Of a DNA stretch of 64,000 nt, positions 51,035-63,100 are shown in pieces. The stretch is taken from NCBI RefSeq assembly GCF_963921235.1, contig NC_086097.1:122452001-122516000 (forward strand), read 5' to 3'. Each line of letters begins with the position of its first letter. Position 1 is the stretch's first letter. The translations under genes and the position numbers were made by a program. The stretch comes from Mobula hypostoma (taxonomy: Eukaryota). The notes beneath the pieces are model-generated. The model had not been told where the DNA came from and made no database searches. It worked only from the letters and a program-made list of their open reading frames with translations.

Positions 51035-51245
51035 GTGGGGCTAGCTTCTGGTGTAGTGGTATCGGCACTGGACTTCAAGGCAGATGGTCCTGAGTTCAAA
51101 CCCAGCCAGGTCCCAACCTGGGCAGCAGCAGTACCTCTGCAGAAGAAAGGCCTAGCAATCTACTTCTGTACCTTGCCATGAAAACTCTGTGGATCCAGTG
51201 GTCCATGAGGTCACGAAGAGTTGGACTTGACTAAAACAACCAAAC
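51035..51245 (+). mobile_element. tRNA-derived SINE with RTE/Bov-B-like 3' tail, inside a Rex1 remnant (about 50780-51460)
   Basis: A-box TGGTGTAGTGG, B-box GAGTTCAAACC, tail GTCCATGAGGTCACGAAGAGTTGGACTTGACT. Confidence 0.75.
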
Positions 51246-51699
51246 TTTATTTTTGACCAAATTGTTCATGAACCTGGTGTTGTGGAAGCTATGTACTTCT
51301 GTACCACCTTGTCAATGTAGCAGTCAGCATGTCCTGTGTGTTGGTGGTCCTTGATGTTGGATGCTGCTATCTTGTGTCAGCCCTTCCTGTGGGAAGGGCT
51401 TTGCCTGTGATAGACTGTGATAGACTGGACTGTGCTCGACACTTCTTGTAGGCTCTACAGAAAAGCCAACCCAAGTTCTCCTGAGCATTCATCACCTTCT
51501 AGTTAGCTACCCCACATAAAAAGCCGCAGTCACAACAGGACTTTCTTATGGAAATATGTATGTGGCCAATGTGTGTAGCCAAGCTAAAAATTCATAAGCA
51601 CTTGCACAAATAACATCTTGCACATTGTGCTCCCCGTGGACTCAATGAAACTGTTGCATTTCCCATCCAGGACAACTTGTATGCTTATTATTGATGTAA

Positions 51700-52010
51700 G
51701 GCAGAATTACTAGTTAGCACATCACTTTATAGCACCAGCTATAGGATTGGAGTTTGATTCCCGTTGCTGCCTGTAAGGGGTCCCTACATTTTCCTCGTGA
51801 CACCATGGGCTTCCTCCAGGTGCTCAGGTTTCCTCCCACATTTCAGAAGATGTGCATTTAGGGTTGGTGAATTATGGGAATACTACAAACGGTATGTTGA
51901 CACTGGAAGCTGGTGACTCTTGTGGGCTACCCGCACAACTCTCACTGTTTTGATTTGACGCAACTGACACATTTCACTATATGTTTCAATGTACATGTGA
52001 CAACTCAGTA
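51700..52010 (+). mobile_element. V-domain SINE
   Basis: GAGTTTGATTCCC..CCTCCAGGTGCTCAGGTTTCCTCCCAC. Confidence 0.75.
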
Positions 52011-52164
52011 AAGGTAATTTTTAATCTCCTTAAGGAGTCCCTTCTGACCGAGGATGAATTACTTCCATTGAGATTTATAGGTTCTGCAGTTAACGATGAA
52101 GCCATTTCAAAAACTGCAGACTCTGCCATGAGTTGGGCAAAAGGTGTTGGACACAAGCGACCAT

Positions 52165-52710
52165 CAGGTTTTGAGGCCACACACAGGTTGGGGGAGCAAC
52201 ACTTCATACTCCATCTGGGTAGCCTTCAACCTGACAGCATGAACATTGATTTACCATTCTACCCCCCCCCCACCCCCCACTCGTTTTGTATCCCATTCTG
52301 GGTCCACCTCTCCCTTTCTCTCATCCACACCTGCCCACCACCTCCCTCTGGTGCCCCTACTCCTTCCCTTTCTTCTATGGTCTACTGTCTTCTCTTGTCA
52401 TATTCCTTCTTCTTCAGCCCTTTACCTCTTTCACCTATCACCTCCTATCTTCTTACTTCATGCCCCCTCCCCCAACCACCGCATTCCCCCTCATCTGGTT
52501 TTACCAATCACTTGCCATTTGTGATCCATCCCTTCCTCCACCTCCTTACTCTGGCTTCTTCTCCTCTTTTCCAATCCTGACGAAAAGTCTCTGTCCAAAA
52601 ACGTTGACTGTTAAATTCTTTCTATAAATGCTACCTGACCTGCTGAGTTCCTCCAACATTTTGAGTGTATTCCCTACGATTTCCAGTATCTACAGAACTT
52701 CTTATGTTTG
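52165..52710 (+). mobile_element. Penelope-like element 3' end: GIY-YIG ORF terminus plus terminal repeat with hammerhead-like motif
   Basis: EATHRLGEQHFILHLGSLQPDSMNID fits the PLE endonuclease C-terminal RE..WI..L.TL.P.G.N pattern; CAATC CTGACGA..AAAAACGTT GACTG at 52572-52610. Confidence 0.8.
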
Positions 52711-52759
52711 TGATTGGCCCCTTCTGCTGCTTATACCTGGCTCCTGTATAGAGTCGATC

Positions 52760-53270
52760 AAATCACTTGAGCTACTCGATACCAAGCGTAATGGCGTTTC
52801 CGCACTTCAAAGGTGCCAAGGAAAGGCCAGTGACATCATGAAGTATCATATCCACCCCGCTGATGGACTGTTTGTCCTGGTCCCATCGGGGAGGAGGCTG
52901 TGTAACATCCATGTCAGGACCACCCTATTCAAAAACAGTTACTTTCCCCAAGCAGTAAGGCTGATCAACACCTCCACCCACGAACCCACCCCTTCACACC
53001 ACCAACCACCAGTACTTTATCATTGTCTGTCAGTCATCTTATATACAGATATCCCTCTACCTCGCATCACCTTGTGGACATAAAATCAATTTATGTATGT
53101 AAGCTATCTTATGACTTTGTATGTATTATGTTTTTTTATTGTTGTGTTCTTTATCTTATTAGCTTCTTTTGTGCTGCATCAGATTTGGAGTAGCTATTAT
53201 TTCATTCTCCTTTACACTTGAGTACTGGAAATGACATTAACCAATTTTGAATCTTGAATCTTGAATTTTG
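52760..53270 (+). mobile_element. Rex1/Babar 3' fragment
   Basis: HPADGLFVLVPSGRR..KNSYFPQAVRLIN; (TGAATCT)n tail. Confidence 0.85.
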
Positions 53271-53274
53271 ATCC

Positions 53275-53500
53275 TGTGTAGGCTAGGGATTCCTGGGAGT
53301 TATTGTTGAACTTTGCTTTTCTTCAAAGAAGCTTCGAACACATCTTTGAATCTCTTCCTTTGTCTATTTGGTAACTTCTTCCCACCAAAGGGCTCAGAAT
53401 AGAATGTCTATTTTAGGAGAATGGTGTGTGAATCATATGGCCTATGCAACATAACTGACTGAGTAGAATGAGGGCCTCAATGCTAGGGATGGATTCCTGA
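53275..53500 (-). mobile_element. RTE LINE C-terminal fragment
   Basis: Minus strand PSIEALI..QL...GHM..FYSE..RQRKRFKD pattern. Confidence 0.65.
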
Positions 53501-53613
53501 GAGAGAATATGGAGACATAATAGATTGCAGATACTGGTGTATAGAGAGGAAACAAACAAACTGCTGGAGGAACTCAGTAGGTGACACAATGTCTATGGAA
53601 GCAGAAGTATAGT

Positions 53614-55192
53614 TAGAAACGTAGAAAAACTGCAGCACAATACAGGCCCTTTGGCCCACAAAGTTGTGCCGAACATGTCCCTACCTTAGAAATTGCCTAA
53701 GATTACCCATAGCTCTCTATTTTCTTAGCTCCATGTACCTATCCAAAAGTCTCCTAAAAGACCCTATCATATTCGCCTCCACCACTGTTGCCTGCAGCCC
53801 ATTCCACGCACTCACCACTATCTGCGTAAAAAAAACTTACCCCTGACATCTCCTCTGTACCTACTCCCCAGCACCTTAAACAGCTGCCCTCTTGTGGCAG
53901 CCATTTCAACCCTGGGAGTAAGCCTCTGACTTTCCACACGATCAATGCCTCTCATCATCTTATCCACCTCTGTCAGGTCATCTCTCATCCTCTGTTGCTC
54001 CAAGGAGAAAAGGCCGAGTTCACTCAACCTGTTTTCATAAGGCATGCTCCCCAATCCAGGCAATATCCTTGTAAATCTCCTCTGCACCCTTTCTATGGTT
54101 TCCACATCCTTCCTGTAGTGAGGCGACCAGAACTGAACACAGTACTCCAAGTGGGGTCTGACCAGGGTCCTATATAGCTGCAACATTACCTCTTGGCTCC
54201 TAAATTCAATACCGTGATTGATGAAGACCAATACACCGTACGCCTTCTTAACCACATAGTCAACCTGCGCAGCAGCCTTGAGCGTCTTATGGACTCGGAC
54301 ACCAAGATCCCTCTGATCCTTCACGCTGCCAACAGTCTTACCATTAATACTATATTCTGCCATCATATTTGACCTACCAAAATGAACCACCTCACACTTA
54401 GCTGGTTTGAACTTCATCTGCCACTTCTCAGCCCAGTTTTGCTATCAATGTCGTGCTGTAATCTCTGACAGACCTCCACATTATCAACAACACTCACAAC
54501 CTTTGTGTCATCAGCAAACTTATTAACCCATCCCTCCACTTCCTCATGCAGTTCATTTATAAAAATCACGAAGAGTAAGGGTCCCAGAACAGATCCCTGA
54601 ATCACACCACTGGTGACTGACCTCCATGCAGAATATGACCCGTCTACAACCACTCTTTGCCTTCTATGGGCAAGCCAGTACTGGATCCACAAAGCAATGT
54701 CCCCTTGGATCCCATGCCTCCTTACTTTCTCAATAAGCCTTGCATGGGGTACCTTATCAAATGCCTTGCTGAAATCCATATGCACTACATCTGCTGCTCT
54801 TCCTTTATCAACGTGTTTAGTCACATCCTCAAAAAATACAACCAGGCTTGTAAGGCATGACCTGCCCTTGACAAAGCCATGCTGACTATTCCTAGTCATA
54901 TTATACCTCTCCACGTGTTCATAAATCCTGCCTCTCAGGATTTTCTCCATCAACTTACCAACCACTGAAGTAAGACTCACTGGCTTATAATTTCCTGAGC
55001 TATCTCTACTCCCTTTCTTGAATAAGGGAACAACATTCGCAACCCTCCAATCCTCTGGAACTTCTCCCGTCCCCATTAATGATGCAAAGATCATTGCCAG
55101 AGGCTCAGCAATCTCCTCCCTCACCTCCCACAGTAGCCTAGGGTGCACCTCATCCAGTCCCAGCAACTTATCCAACCTGATGCTTTCCAAAA
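53614..55192 (-). mobile_element. CR1 LINE, 5'-truncated (same subfamily as 26820-29158)
   Basis: Full RT motif series; near-collinear with the 26.8-kb copy. Confidence 0.95.
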
Positions 55193-55319
55193 TCTCAGTT
55201 GTTGTTTTAAGTTGTGACTGAATTGGGACTGAGAGCCCAGTGGGGTAACAGCCAGTATAAAGAGGGGAAAGGGACAGTTAAAACCTAATTTTGGTTTATA
55301 TATCCTTCCTAAGGATTTG

Positions 55320-55705
55320 GATAGGTGGCGGGTTGAAGATACATCTCTACCAAAGGAGGTGTAAAATGCTCCTTCCCTCTACTAGTCTGCAGGTTACCCT
55401 TGGGCAAGGGGTAGCCCTGCTTCACCCCCTGACATGAAGGTCACATGAAGTCATGGGAGCAAGGAGTGGATGGTCATATTAACAGCTGGTGCTTATCACA
55501 GTTCCTGGTTATGCGACCTCTGATGCCAGGGAGATGATCCCTTAAGGGTATTGATAATGGCTGGGGTCACCCATTTTGTCAAGACACTGTCCAGAAGAAG
55601 GCAATGGCAAATCTCTTCTGTAGAAAAATTTGTCAAGAACAATCATGATCAAAGACCATGATTACCTACATCATCAGACACAGCACATCATGATGATGAT
55701 GAAGA
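55320..55705 (+). mobile_element. Non-autonomous RTE-derived retroposon
   Basis: AGAAGAAGGCAATGGCAAA RTE-like 3' motif, (GAT)n tail and an RTE-5'-like front part. Confidence 0.55.
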
Positions 55706-55749
55706 GGAGGATTTGGAGAATTCTTCTAGAAGCAGCTTTGATGATTTCT

Positions 55750-55848
55750 TTCCAGATCTTGGAATGGAGCTGAAGGTAATCCAGATCTTGGGGCTGAAAG
55801 TAATCCGGGTCTTGGAATAGGAGCTGAAGGTAATCCGGGTCTTGGACG
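55750..55848. repeat. Short minisatellite, about 3 copies of GGAGCTGAAGGTAATCCRGRTCTTGG
   Basis: Directly visible, unit 24-30 bp. Confidence 0.85.
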
Positions 55849-56059
55849 AATGCAATGGGGCAAGTTGGTTGAAGGGACTTTTAACTTGTAGATGTTCACC
55901 AGGTCCCTCATTACTCTTTTGATAACAACATTTACTAAGTGAAATCATATTTCTCCTTCACTTATGTGAAAGCTGGCAAATTTATGCTGGTTACCACTAC
56001 AAGAGAGGAACAATGTGGGAACTTGGGAAGGGAGCCCATTGTTAAAGCTTTCAAAGTCT

Positions 56060-56660
56060 TAAAGTCATAGAGCACTGCACCACAGAAACAGGCCCTTTAG
56101 CCCATCTAGTCCATGCCAAACAGCTATTCTGCCTGGTCCCATTGACCCGCACCTTTGTCTTCCTCCCATCCATGTACCTACACAAATTTCTCTTAAGTGT
56201 TGCAACTAAAACCACATCCACTGACAGTATGCTCCACACTCTCACCACTCCCTGGGTGAAGAAGATCCCCCTCAGGTCCCTCTTAATTATTTCACCTTTC
56301 ACCCTTAACCTGTAACTTCTAGTTCTAGTCTCACCCAACCTCAGTGGAAAAAAAAGACTGCATTTATTTACCTTATCAATACCCCTCATAATGTTATGCC
56401 TTTGTGCCCGACGCTGGCCCCCTAGGCCTGAGTCAGCGTAGTAGTAGTAGTCATAATGTTATCTGCTTGCATCAAATCTCCTCTCATTCTCCTACGCTCC
56501 TAACCTGATCAACCTTTCCCTATAAGTCAGGTTCTCAAGTCTTGGTGACATTATTATAAATTTTCTCTGCACTCTTTCAATACAATATTATTGATATCCT
56601 TCCTGTACGTAGGTGAGCAGAACTGCACACAATACTCCAAATTCAACCTTTCCCTATAAC
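56060..56660 (-). mobile_element. CR1 3' fragment
   Basis: LEYCVQF and GETRTRSYRLRV..FFTQGVV motifs. Confidence 0.85.
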
Positions 56661-57409
56661 TTTGTCTGCTTTTGAAAGCAAAGAGGTGAAATTAATTTGG
56701 AAAGACAAAGGACAAGCATGTAGAAAGAAAGGTCAACTTGTGATGCCAGGGTGGGAGCGGGGGGGAAGTGAAGATATTCCAGGATCACAGGAAAAAAAAG
56801 ATTTGCGACAAAATTACATTCAATTCTTTTCACTATACTAAGCAATGAACATATTCCCTGGTAGCACACACCCAAAGCTCACGCTGATTCTCTGCCATCA
56901 GAATGCAGTCAGTCACAGCTTTTATTCAGCTCTTTACCTCATATGTTCCAGATCATCTGCTCTGCATTCCTGCTGTAAGTGACCGCAAACACAAACCAAT
57001 GCTCTGTTTTTTTTATGTCTCTGCACTATTCCAGCAAGCTAGCAGAAAGCTAATAAAAAAGATTATAGCCTTTTTACTACTAGGCTTCAAAATGCTCTCT
57101 TTCTTTACTGCAGTTTAAGAATGAATATCCTCCAGCCTTTGTCTGCTCTGCCATCAAAGCTATTACAGTAGAGAAGAGAAAAGTTCACCCTCTTTCAGCG
57201 TCTGTGGTGGATCTATTTCCCTTCTTTCCTGAAGTCAATGCCTTTGTAATTATCAGTCATCTCACCCATTTGTCCATGTAAACCATCAAGTGAGTGCTGG
57301 GAAGAGGAGATCTCAATCTGTCATCACCACAATTCACAAGCAAGTCACTTCCAACAGGGAGAGTGTCGGATGGTGGACAGCAACACAAGTCCAAGCCAAT
57401 TTTGTTACA

Positions 57410-60400
57410 TGTTGTGTACTTAGTATTTCAATAATAATTGAGTAATATTGTAAATATACTGTTTGATTAAGCATTCTTTGTTGTTTATATAATTCATTCT
57501 TAGTTATATGTAAAAGTACTGTACATGAATGGCATAGGTTTCATTATGCCATCACGTAATTTGTGCACACCTCTTCACTAAGAGTAAAAATGAAGCACTG
57601 ACACATTATTCCCAGCACTGTTTTTTTTCTTTCAATAAGTTTTATGTCTTAGAGTCACTAAACATAATAATGACAGCAAGTAAGGTTTAAAAAGAACTGG
57701 AGATAATTACCTACCCGGTGAAGAGAACACGCTTCTTCCTCAAAATGTAAAAAATACTTTTGAGTTTTTAAAAAAGCACAGTGAGACATTAAAATTCTTA
57801 AAAAGGGCATCATGTGGTTTCTTCAGAAAAGGAAAGATGATCAAATAAAAGAAAAGACAGAATATGGATGAAATTAACGGGTTCATAAACAGTGAATATC
57901 GAGTGATAATGAGAAATTTTAAAAAGCAGATATATCTGACTAAATTAGAGAGATAAACAAATTTGATTTTATAAGAGATAACTGGATATTGTATACTGAG
58001 TGAGTTGAGCAATAGTTTGAAGCAAATGAAATAGCCAGTGAAAAATGAGCACCAAATTTGCTGAGTTCATTGGGTGGAAGAGTACACAGTTTGCTTAGAA
58101 TTTTGACTGCTCCAACTAAACCAGCCAAAATGAATTTTGTTGGTATTATGAAAGTATTGCTGGAACATTTTGAACCAAAACCATCGTTGGTTGCAGAATG
58201 CTTTAGCTTTCATAAGTGGAATCAAAAGGAAGGAGAGTACATTTCAGCTTTATGTGGCTGATTTGAATAGATTGTTTGAGCATTGTAAGTTTGGCAGTGG
58301 GTTTAATGATGCACTGAGAGATCATTTAGTTTTGGAATCTTACAAGACAGCATTCAAAAATAGCTCCTAACTGAACCACAATTAACATTCAAAAGAGCAG
58401 CTGAAGGTGCTGTGTTAATGGAAATAGCAATTAGAGACGCAATTGAGTTGCAGTCAGGAAGGCAAGTGAGAATGCACAAAATTGTAGCATTTAAATGGAG
58501 GCCAGACTGGTTGAACAAAGAGGGTTATAGTTGTGGCAGGGGCTCACGTGCACCAGAACAATGCAGCTTTAAAGGCAAAACTTTCAGAAAATGCAACAAA
58601 GTAGTACAAACACAAAGAGCATGCTGGGTAAAAATAAATGGACAGCACAAGGAAGAGGAAGAGCTAAAAAGTCAAATTCCAGTTTCAAAAAAGGCACTAA
58701 TCTGCAACGTGATCATGAGTGACACAGGACTGAGTAGCCTTGAAATTGACAATGTGAAAAGTAACAATAGACAAGCAATATGGCTTACACCAGAAGTGAA
58801 TGGCAAATTAATTAAATTGGAATTGGAGACTGGCTTGGCTGTTTCAATTATTCCACAAAATGAGTTTGAATGGCATTTCAAAGATACTAAACTGAAGCCT
58901 GCAGATATCCAACTAAGAACTTATACCAGAGAAAAAGATAACTCCTGTGGTAAAGGCATTCATAACAGTGAAATACAATAACCAATAAACCACATTGGGC
59001 TTGATTGTGATAAACACAGGAGTGCCAGCATTGTGGGGTTGTGAGTAGCTGAGTCAACTACAAGTGACTGGAGACCCATCCACAATTTGCATGCCACATG
59101 CCATGTAATAGAGACAATTGAAAGTGAACTAAGAAAGGTACTGGATGATGCCACAGCAGTGTAACAGAACGGCACTGAAGATGTCACACTAAAGTTTCAC
59201 AAAGCCCATCTAGTTCCTTATACCATCTGTGAGAAAGTAGCTAGTGAGATAGATGGCATGGAGGTTGAAGAAATTATTTCTAAGGTTGAGTAGAGCCCAT
59301 GGGCAATGCCGGTGATCCCAGTAGCCAAGAAGAATGAATGGGTCTGTCATGTCAGGATCTGTGGTGATTGTAAGGTCACCATCAAATTCGTACTGAATGT
59401 AGATCAACATCTTTGGGCCAGGATAGAGAATATCTTTCCAAATCTTTCTGGAAGCAAACACTTCAGCAAAGTGGATTTAGCTGAGGTCTGCCTACAGATG
59501 GAGATAGAAGAAGAGTCCAAAATTTTTCTGTCCATAAGCACTCACAAAAGGCTTGATTGCAATCTAGCAGAATGCGATGGACCAGGTGCCACAAGGCTGC
59601 CCAGGCACTCAGTGTTACCTGGATGACATCATTGTTAGATTAGATTAGATTAGATTATGAGGACACTCAAGTCCTTGTTTATTGTCATTTAGAAATGCAT
59701 GCGTTAAAAATGATACAATGTTCCTCAAGAATGATATCACAAGAAACACAGGACAAACCAAGACTAAAACTGACAAAACCTCATAATTATAGCATATAGT
59801 TACAACAGTGCAAAGCAATACAGTAATTTGATAAAGAGCAGACCATGGGCACGGTAAAAAAGTCTCAAAGTCCCGATAGACTCATCATCTCACGCAGACG
59901 GTAGACCGGAGAAACTCTCCCTGCCATGAACCTCCAAGCACCACAAACTTGCCGATGCAGCACCATTGGAAGCACCCAACTGCAGCGGACTCTGAGTCCA
60001 TCGGAAAACTTCGAGCCTCCAACCAGCCCTTTGACACCGAGCACCGAGCATCATCCTTTGCCGAGCACTTCGACCCTGCCCTGGCCGGCAAGCAACAAAC
60101 AAAGCTGAGGACTCCGGGCCTTTCCCTCCGGAGATTTCAGACCACACAGTAGCAGCAGCAGCAGTGAAGCAGGCATTGCAGAAGTTTCACCAGATGTTCC
60201 TCCGTGCTCTCACGTCCGTCTCCATCAAATCAGGATTGTGCACGGCACCCTACTTGACAAATAACAGACATCACCACTGGAGTGGCCGCTGCGAGTTGTG
60301 TCGCGCCGCCATCTTCTTCTCTCCTCTTGTTACCGGTAAGGATGACAACGAATTTATACAAAATCTCAAGACAGTGTTCAATAGATTAGAAGATTATGGG

Positions 60401-62741
60401 CTCAGAGCACAATGCAACAAATATGAATTCTTTAAGCTGAGGATCACTTACTGTGATCACATGTGTGCTGAGAAAATTCAAGCAGTGGTGGATGCCCCAA
60501 GGCCAAAGGACGTGTCACTGTTGTGGTCCTTTTCAGGATTTGTCAATTACTGTAACAGGTTCCTGCCAAACTTGGCTACTGTGCTCCACCACCTGAACTC
60601 ATTAGTACAGGTTGGGAAGAAATGGCAATGGACAAAGCAGTGTGAGGTGGCTTTCCAAAAGGTAAGGAAATAGTGACATCAGAAACTGTACTCACACATT
60701 ATGATCCACATCATCCAGTGAAGCTTACCTGTGATGCCTCACCTTATGGTGTAGGCACAGTCATGTCACAATTTACAGTGATTGAAGTGAGTGCTCCATA
60801 GCCTTTGCCCTTACTGCTGCAGACAAAAAATACTTTCAGATTATCAGAGAGACCTTGAGTCTAGTTTGGGACATAAATCATTTCAACCAGTACTTGTATG
60901 GGAGGGAGTTTACCTTCATTACGGATCATCAACCACTAGTGTTCATTTTCAATCCTCAACACGAATGCAGAGTTGGGCTCTGTTTCTTGCAGAACACAGT
61001 TACAAAATCAAATTCCATAGGATGTCTAATTATAGAAATGCTGATTGGCTGTCCCATTTACCATTGGATAAGGAAATAACTGAAAAATTTACAAAAGAGG
61101 ACACTCCTCTTGACATATTCTCCCCAATGCAAATCAAAAATCTCCCTAATACAGCTGAGATGATCCAAAGGGAAATCAGAAAATGCATCACTGTCTCAGG
61201 TCTACATGGCCATCCAAAATAGCTGGAATGAGCAGCAAAAACTCTAGTCCCCTCATTTTTACCAGTGCTAGGATGATCTTGCACTTGACGGGTTGCCTTA
61301 CGTGGGGATTGAGAGTTGTTGCATCATCATAGTTGAGGGCTAAAGTGTTAGAGGAGCTACAAACAGGTCATCTGGGTGAGGCATAATGAAAGCATTGGCT
61401 TGAAGCTTTGTCTCGTGGCCTGGGATAATCGGCAGATCAGGCAGCTCACTATGCACTGTTCAAGATGCCAACTTGTGAAGAGGATGCCAGAAGCAGCTTC
61501 ACTCCATCCCTGGGAATGGCCTGCATTTCCCTGGCTTATGGATTTTGCCAGACTATTCATAGGCACAAATTTCTTGGTAGTAGTAGATGCAGCTACGAAG
61601 TGGCCAGAAGTGCTCCCAATAGCTTCCACTAAAGCCTCATGCACTGTTGATGTGTTGAGAGGCCTCTTCTCAAGGATTGCTGTTCCAGAACACTTAGTTA
61701 GTAACAATGGACCACAGTTTGTTGCAGAAAAGATTGAATCATTCCTGAAAATGAATGGAATAAGACCTATTATATCTGCACCATACCACGCAGCTAGAAA
61801 TGGCTTGGCAGAAAGGTTTGTTCAGAGTTTAAAAACACCTGCTAGCAATGTCAGCAGAACACACTACACTAACACTGAATCAAAATCTCACCAAATTCCT
61901 CCTTGCATATCGCAAAGCGACACACTCCACAACCAACAACTCACCAGCTATGCTGTTCCTGTGTTGTCCTTTGCAGTCGTGCTTGGATCTCCTCAAACCC
62001 AATCTCAGAGGGAGAATGCAGGACAAACAGCTGAGACAAATTGAGGGCTCTTCAAACAAGGAGGTTTGATGTTTCACTCCTCGACAAACAGTCATGCCGA
62101 GGGACTATAGAGGTGATCAAAAGAAGGTACTTGGAAAGGTTAAGGACAGACCTGGACCACTCTCCTGTACAGTAGATATTGTGTCTGAAGTCATCTGGAG
62201 ATGACACATTGATTGGTTGAGGAGAGCAGAGCCAATTGTTAGAGAAGAAATCTGTCTAGAACTTTCAGAACCACTTCTTTCAGTCCCAGAGTCAACTCCT
62301 ACAAACATTACAGAGGAGGCCCCACAACCTGAAATTGTTTCACGTTCACAATTCTCATTTGCAGAGCAGAGTGACCCCTCCCCCACCCTTCTCAGGAAAG
62401 ATGATATCCTGCAAGGGTAAGAAATACTCCACAGTGATTAAATCTTTAAGCCTGAATGGGAAATTTAAATTTACTACACTGTGGATGACTCTCTAGTTGT
62501 TTTATATGGTATGCTGTGTGCATAGCTGAGATGCATACTGTATTGAGTTGGAGTTTATAGCTAACCATAAACTTGTTGTTTACATAATTCATTATAGGTT
62601 GTATGTTAAAGTACATGAATGGCATACATCAGTTTGCCACCACATCATATGTGTGTACTCCACTAAAGTACAGACAAGTTACTCTCGACTCTGTGTTTTT
62701 GTTTCAAGTAGTTTTATGTTTTGGAGTTACAAATCGTAACA
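57410..62741 (+). mobile_element. Full-length but decayed Ty3/Gypsy (Mag-like) LTR retrotransposon
   Basis: 5' LTR about 57410-57667 and partial 3' LTR about 62570-62741; gag knuckles (CGRGSRAPEQC), protease (LETGLAVS), RT (VRICGD, YLDDIIV), RNase H (CDASPYGVG) and integrase (SNNGPQF, NGLAERFVQSLK) in Gypsy order; many stops and frameshifts. Confidence 0.92.
59638..60326 (-). mobile_element. Non-coding ~690-bp retroposon, copy 2, inserted just after the Gypsy YLDD motif
   Basis: Homologous to 45926-46599; 6-bp TSD TTGTTA. Confidence 0.88.
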
Positions 62742-62749
62742 CATCTAAC

Positions 62750-63100
62750 TTTGTCTAACCCTGTCCATCACAGGGAAAGCCCTCCCCACCTTTTGAGTAC
62801 ATCTACAAGGAGTGCTGCCACAAGAAAGCAGCATCCATCATCAATTACTCCCACTATTCTGGCCATGCTCTTTTATGGCTGCTACCTTTGGAAAGGAGGT
62901 ACAGGAGCCTCAGGTCCCATACCACCAAGTTCAGGAACAGTTATTACCCTACACTCATCAGATTCCCAAACCAGTGTGGATAACTTCATTCACCACAATG
63001 TTGAACCGATTCCACAACCTACAGACTCACTTTAAAGGGCTCCACAACTCATGTTCACAGTATTACTTATTTACTTATTTATTATCATTGTTTTTTTCTC
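62750..63100 (+). mobile_element. Rex1/Babar 3' fragment
   Basis: KAASIIN..GHALLWLLP..RRYRSLRSHTTKFRNSYYP pattern. Confidence 0.75.

Noticed and set aside
55750..55848. Repeat-spacer-like pattern resembling a CRISPR array
   Set aside because: Tandem units without unique spacers, eukaryotic context, no cas genes.
26820..56660. Minus-strand bias of CR1 copies upstream of DOK6
   Set aside because: Too few copies to distinguish from chance.
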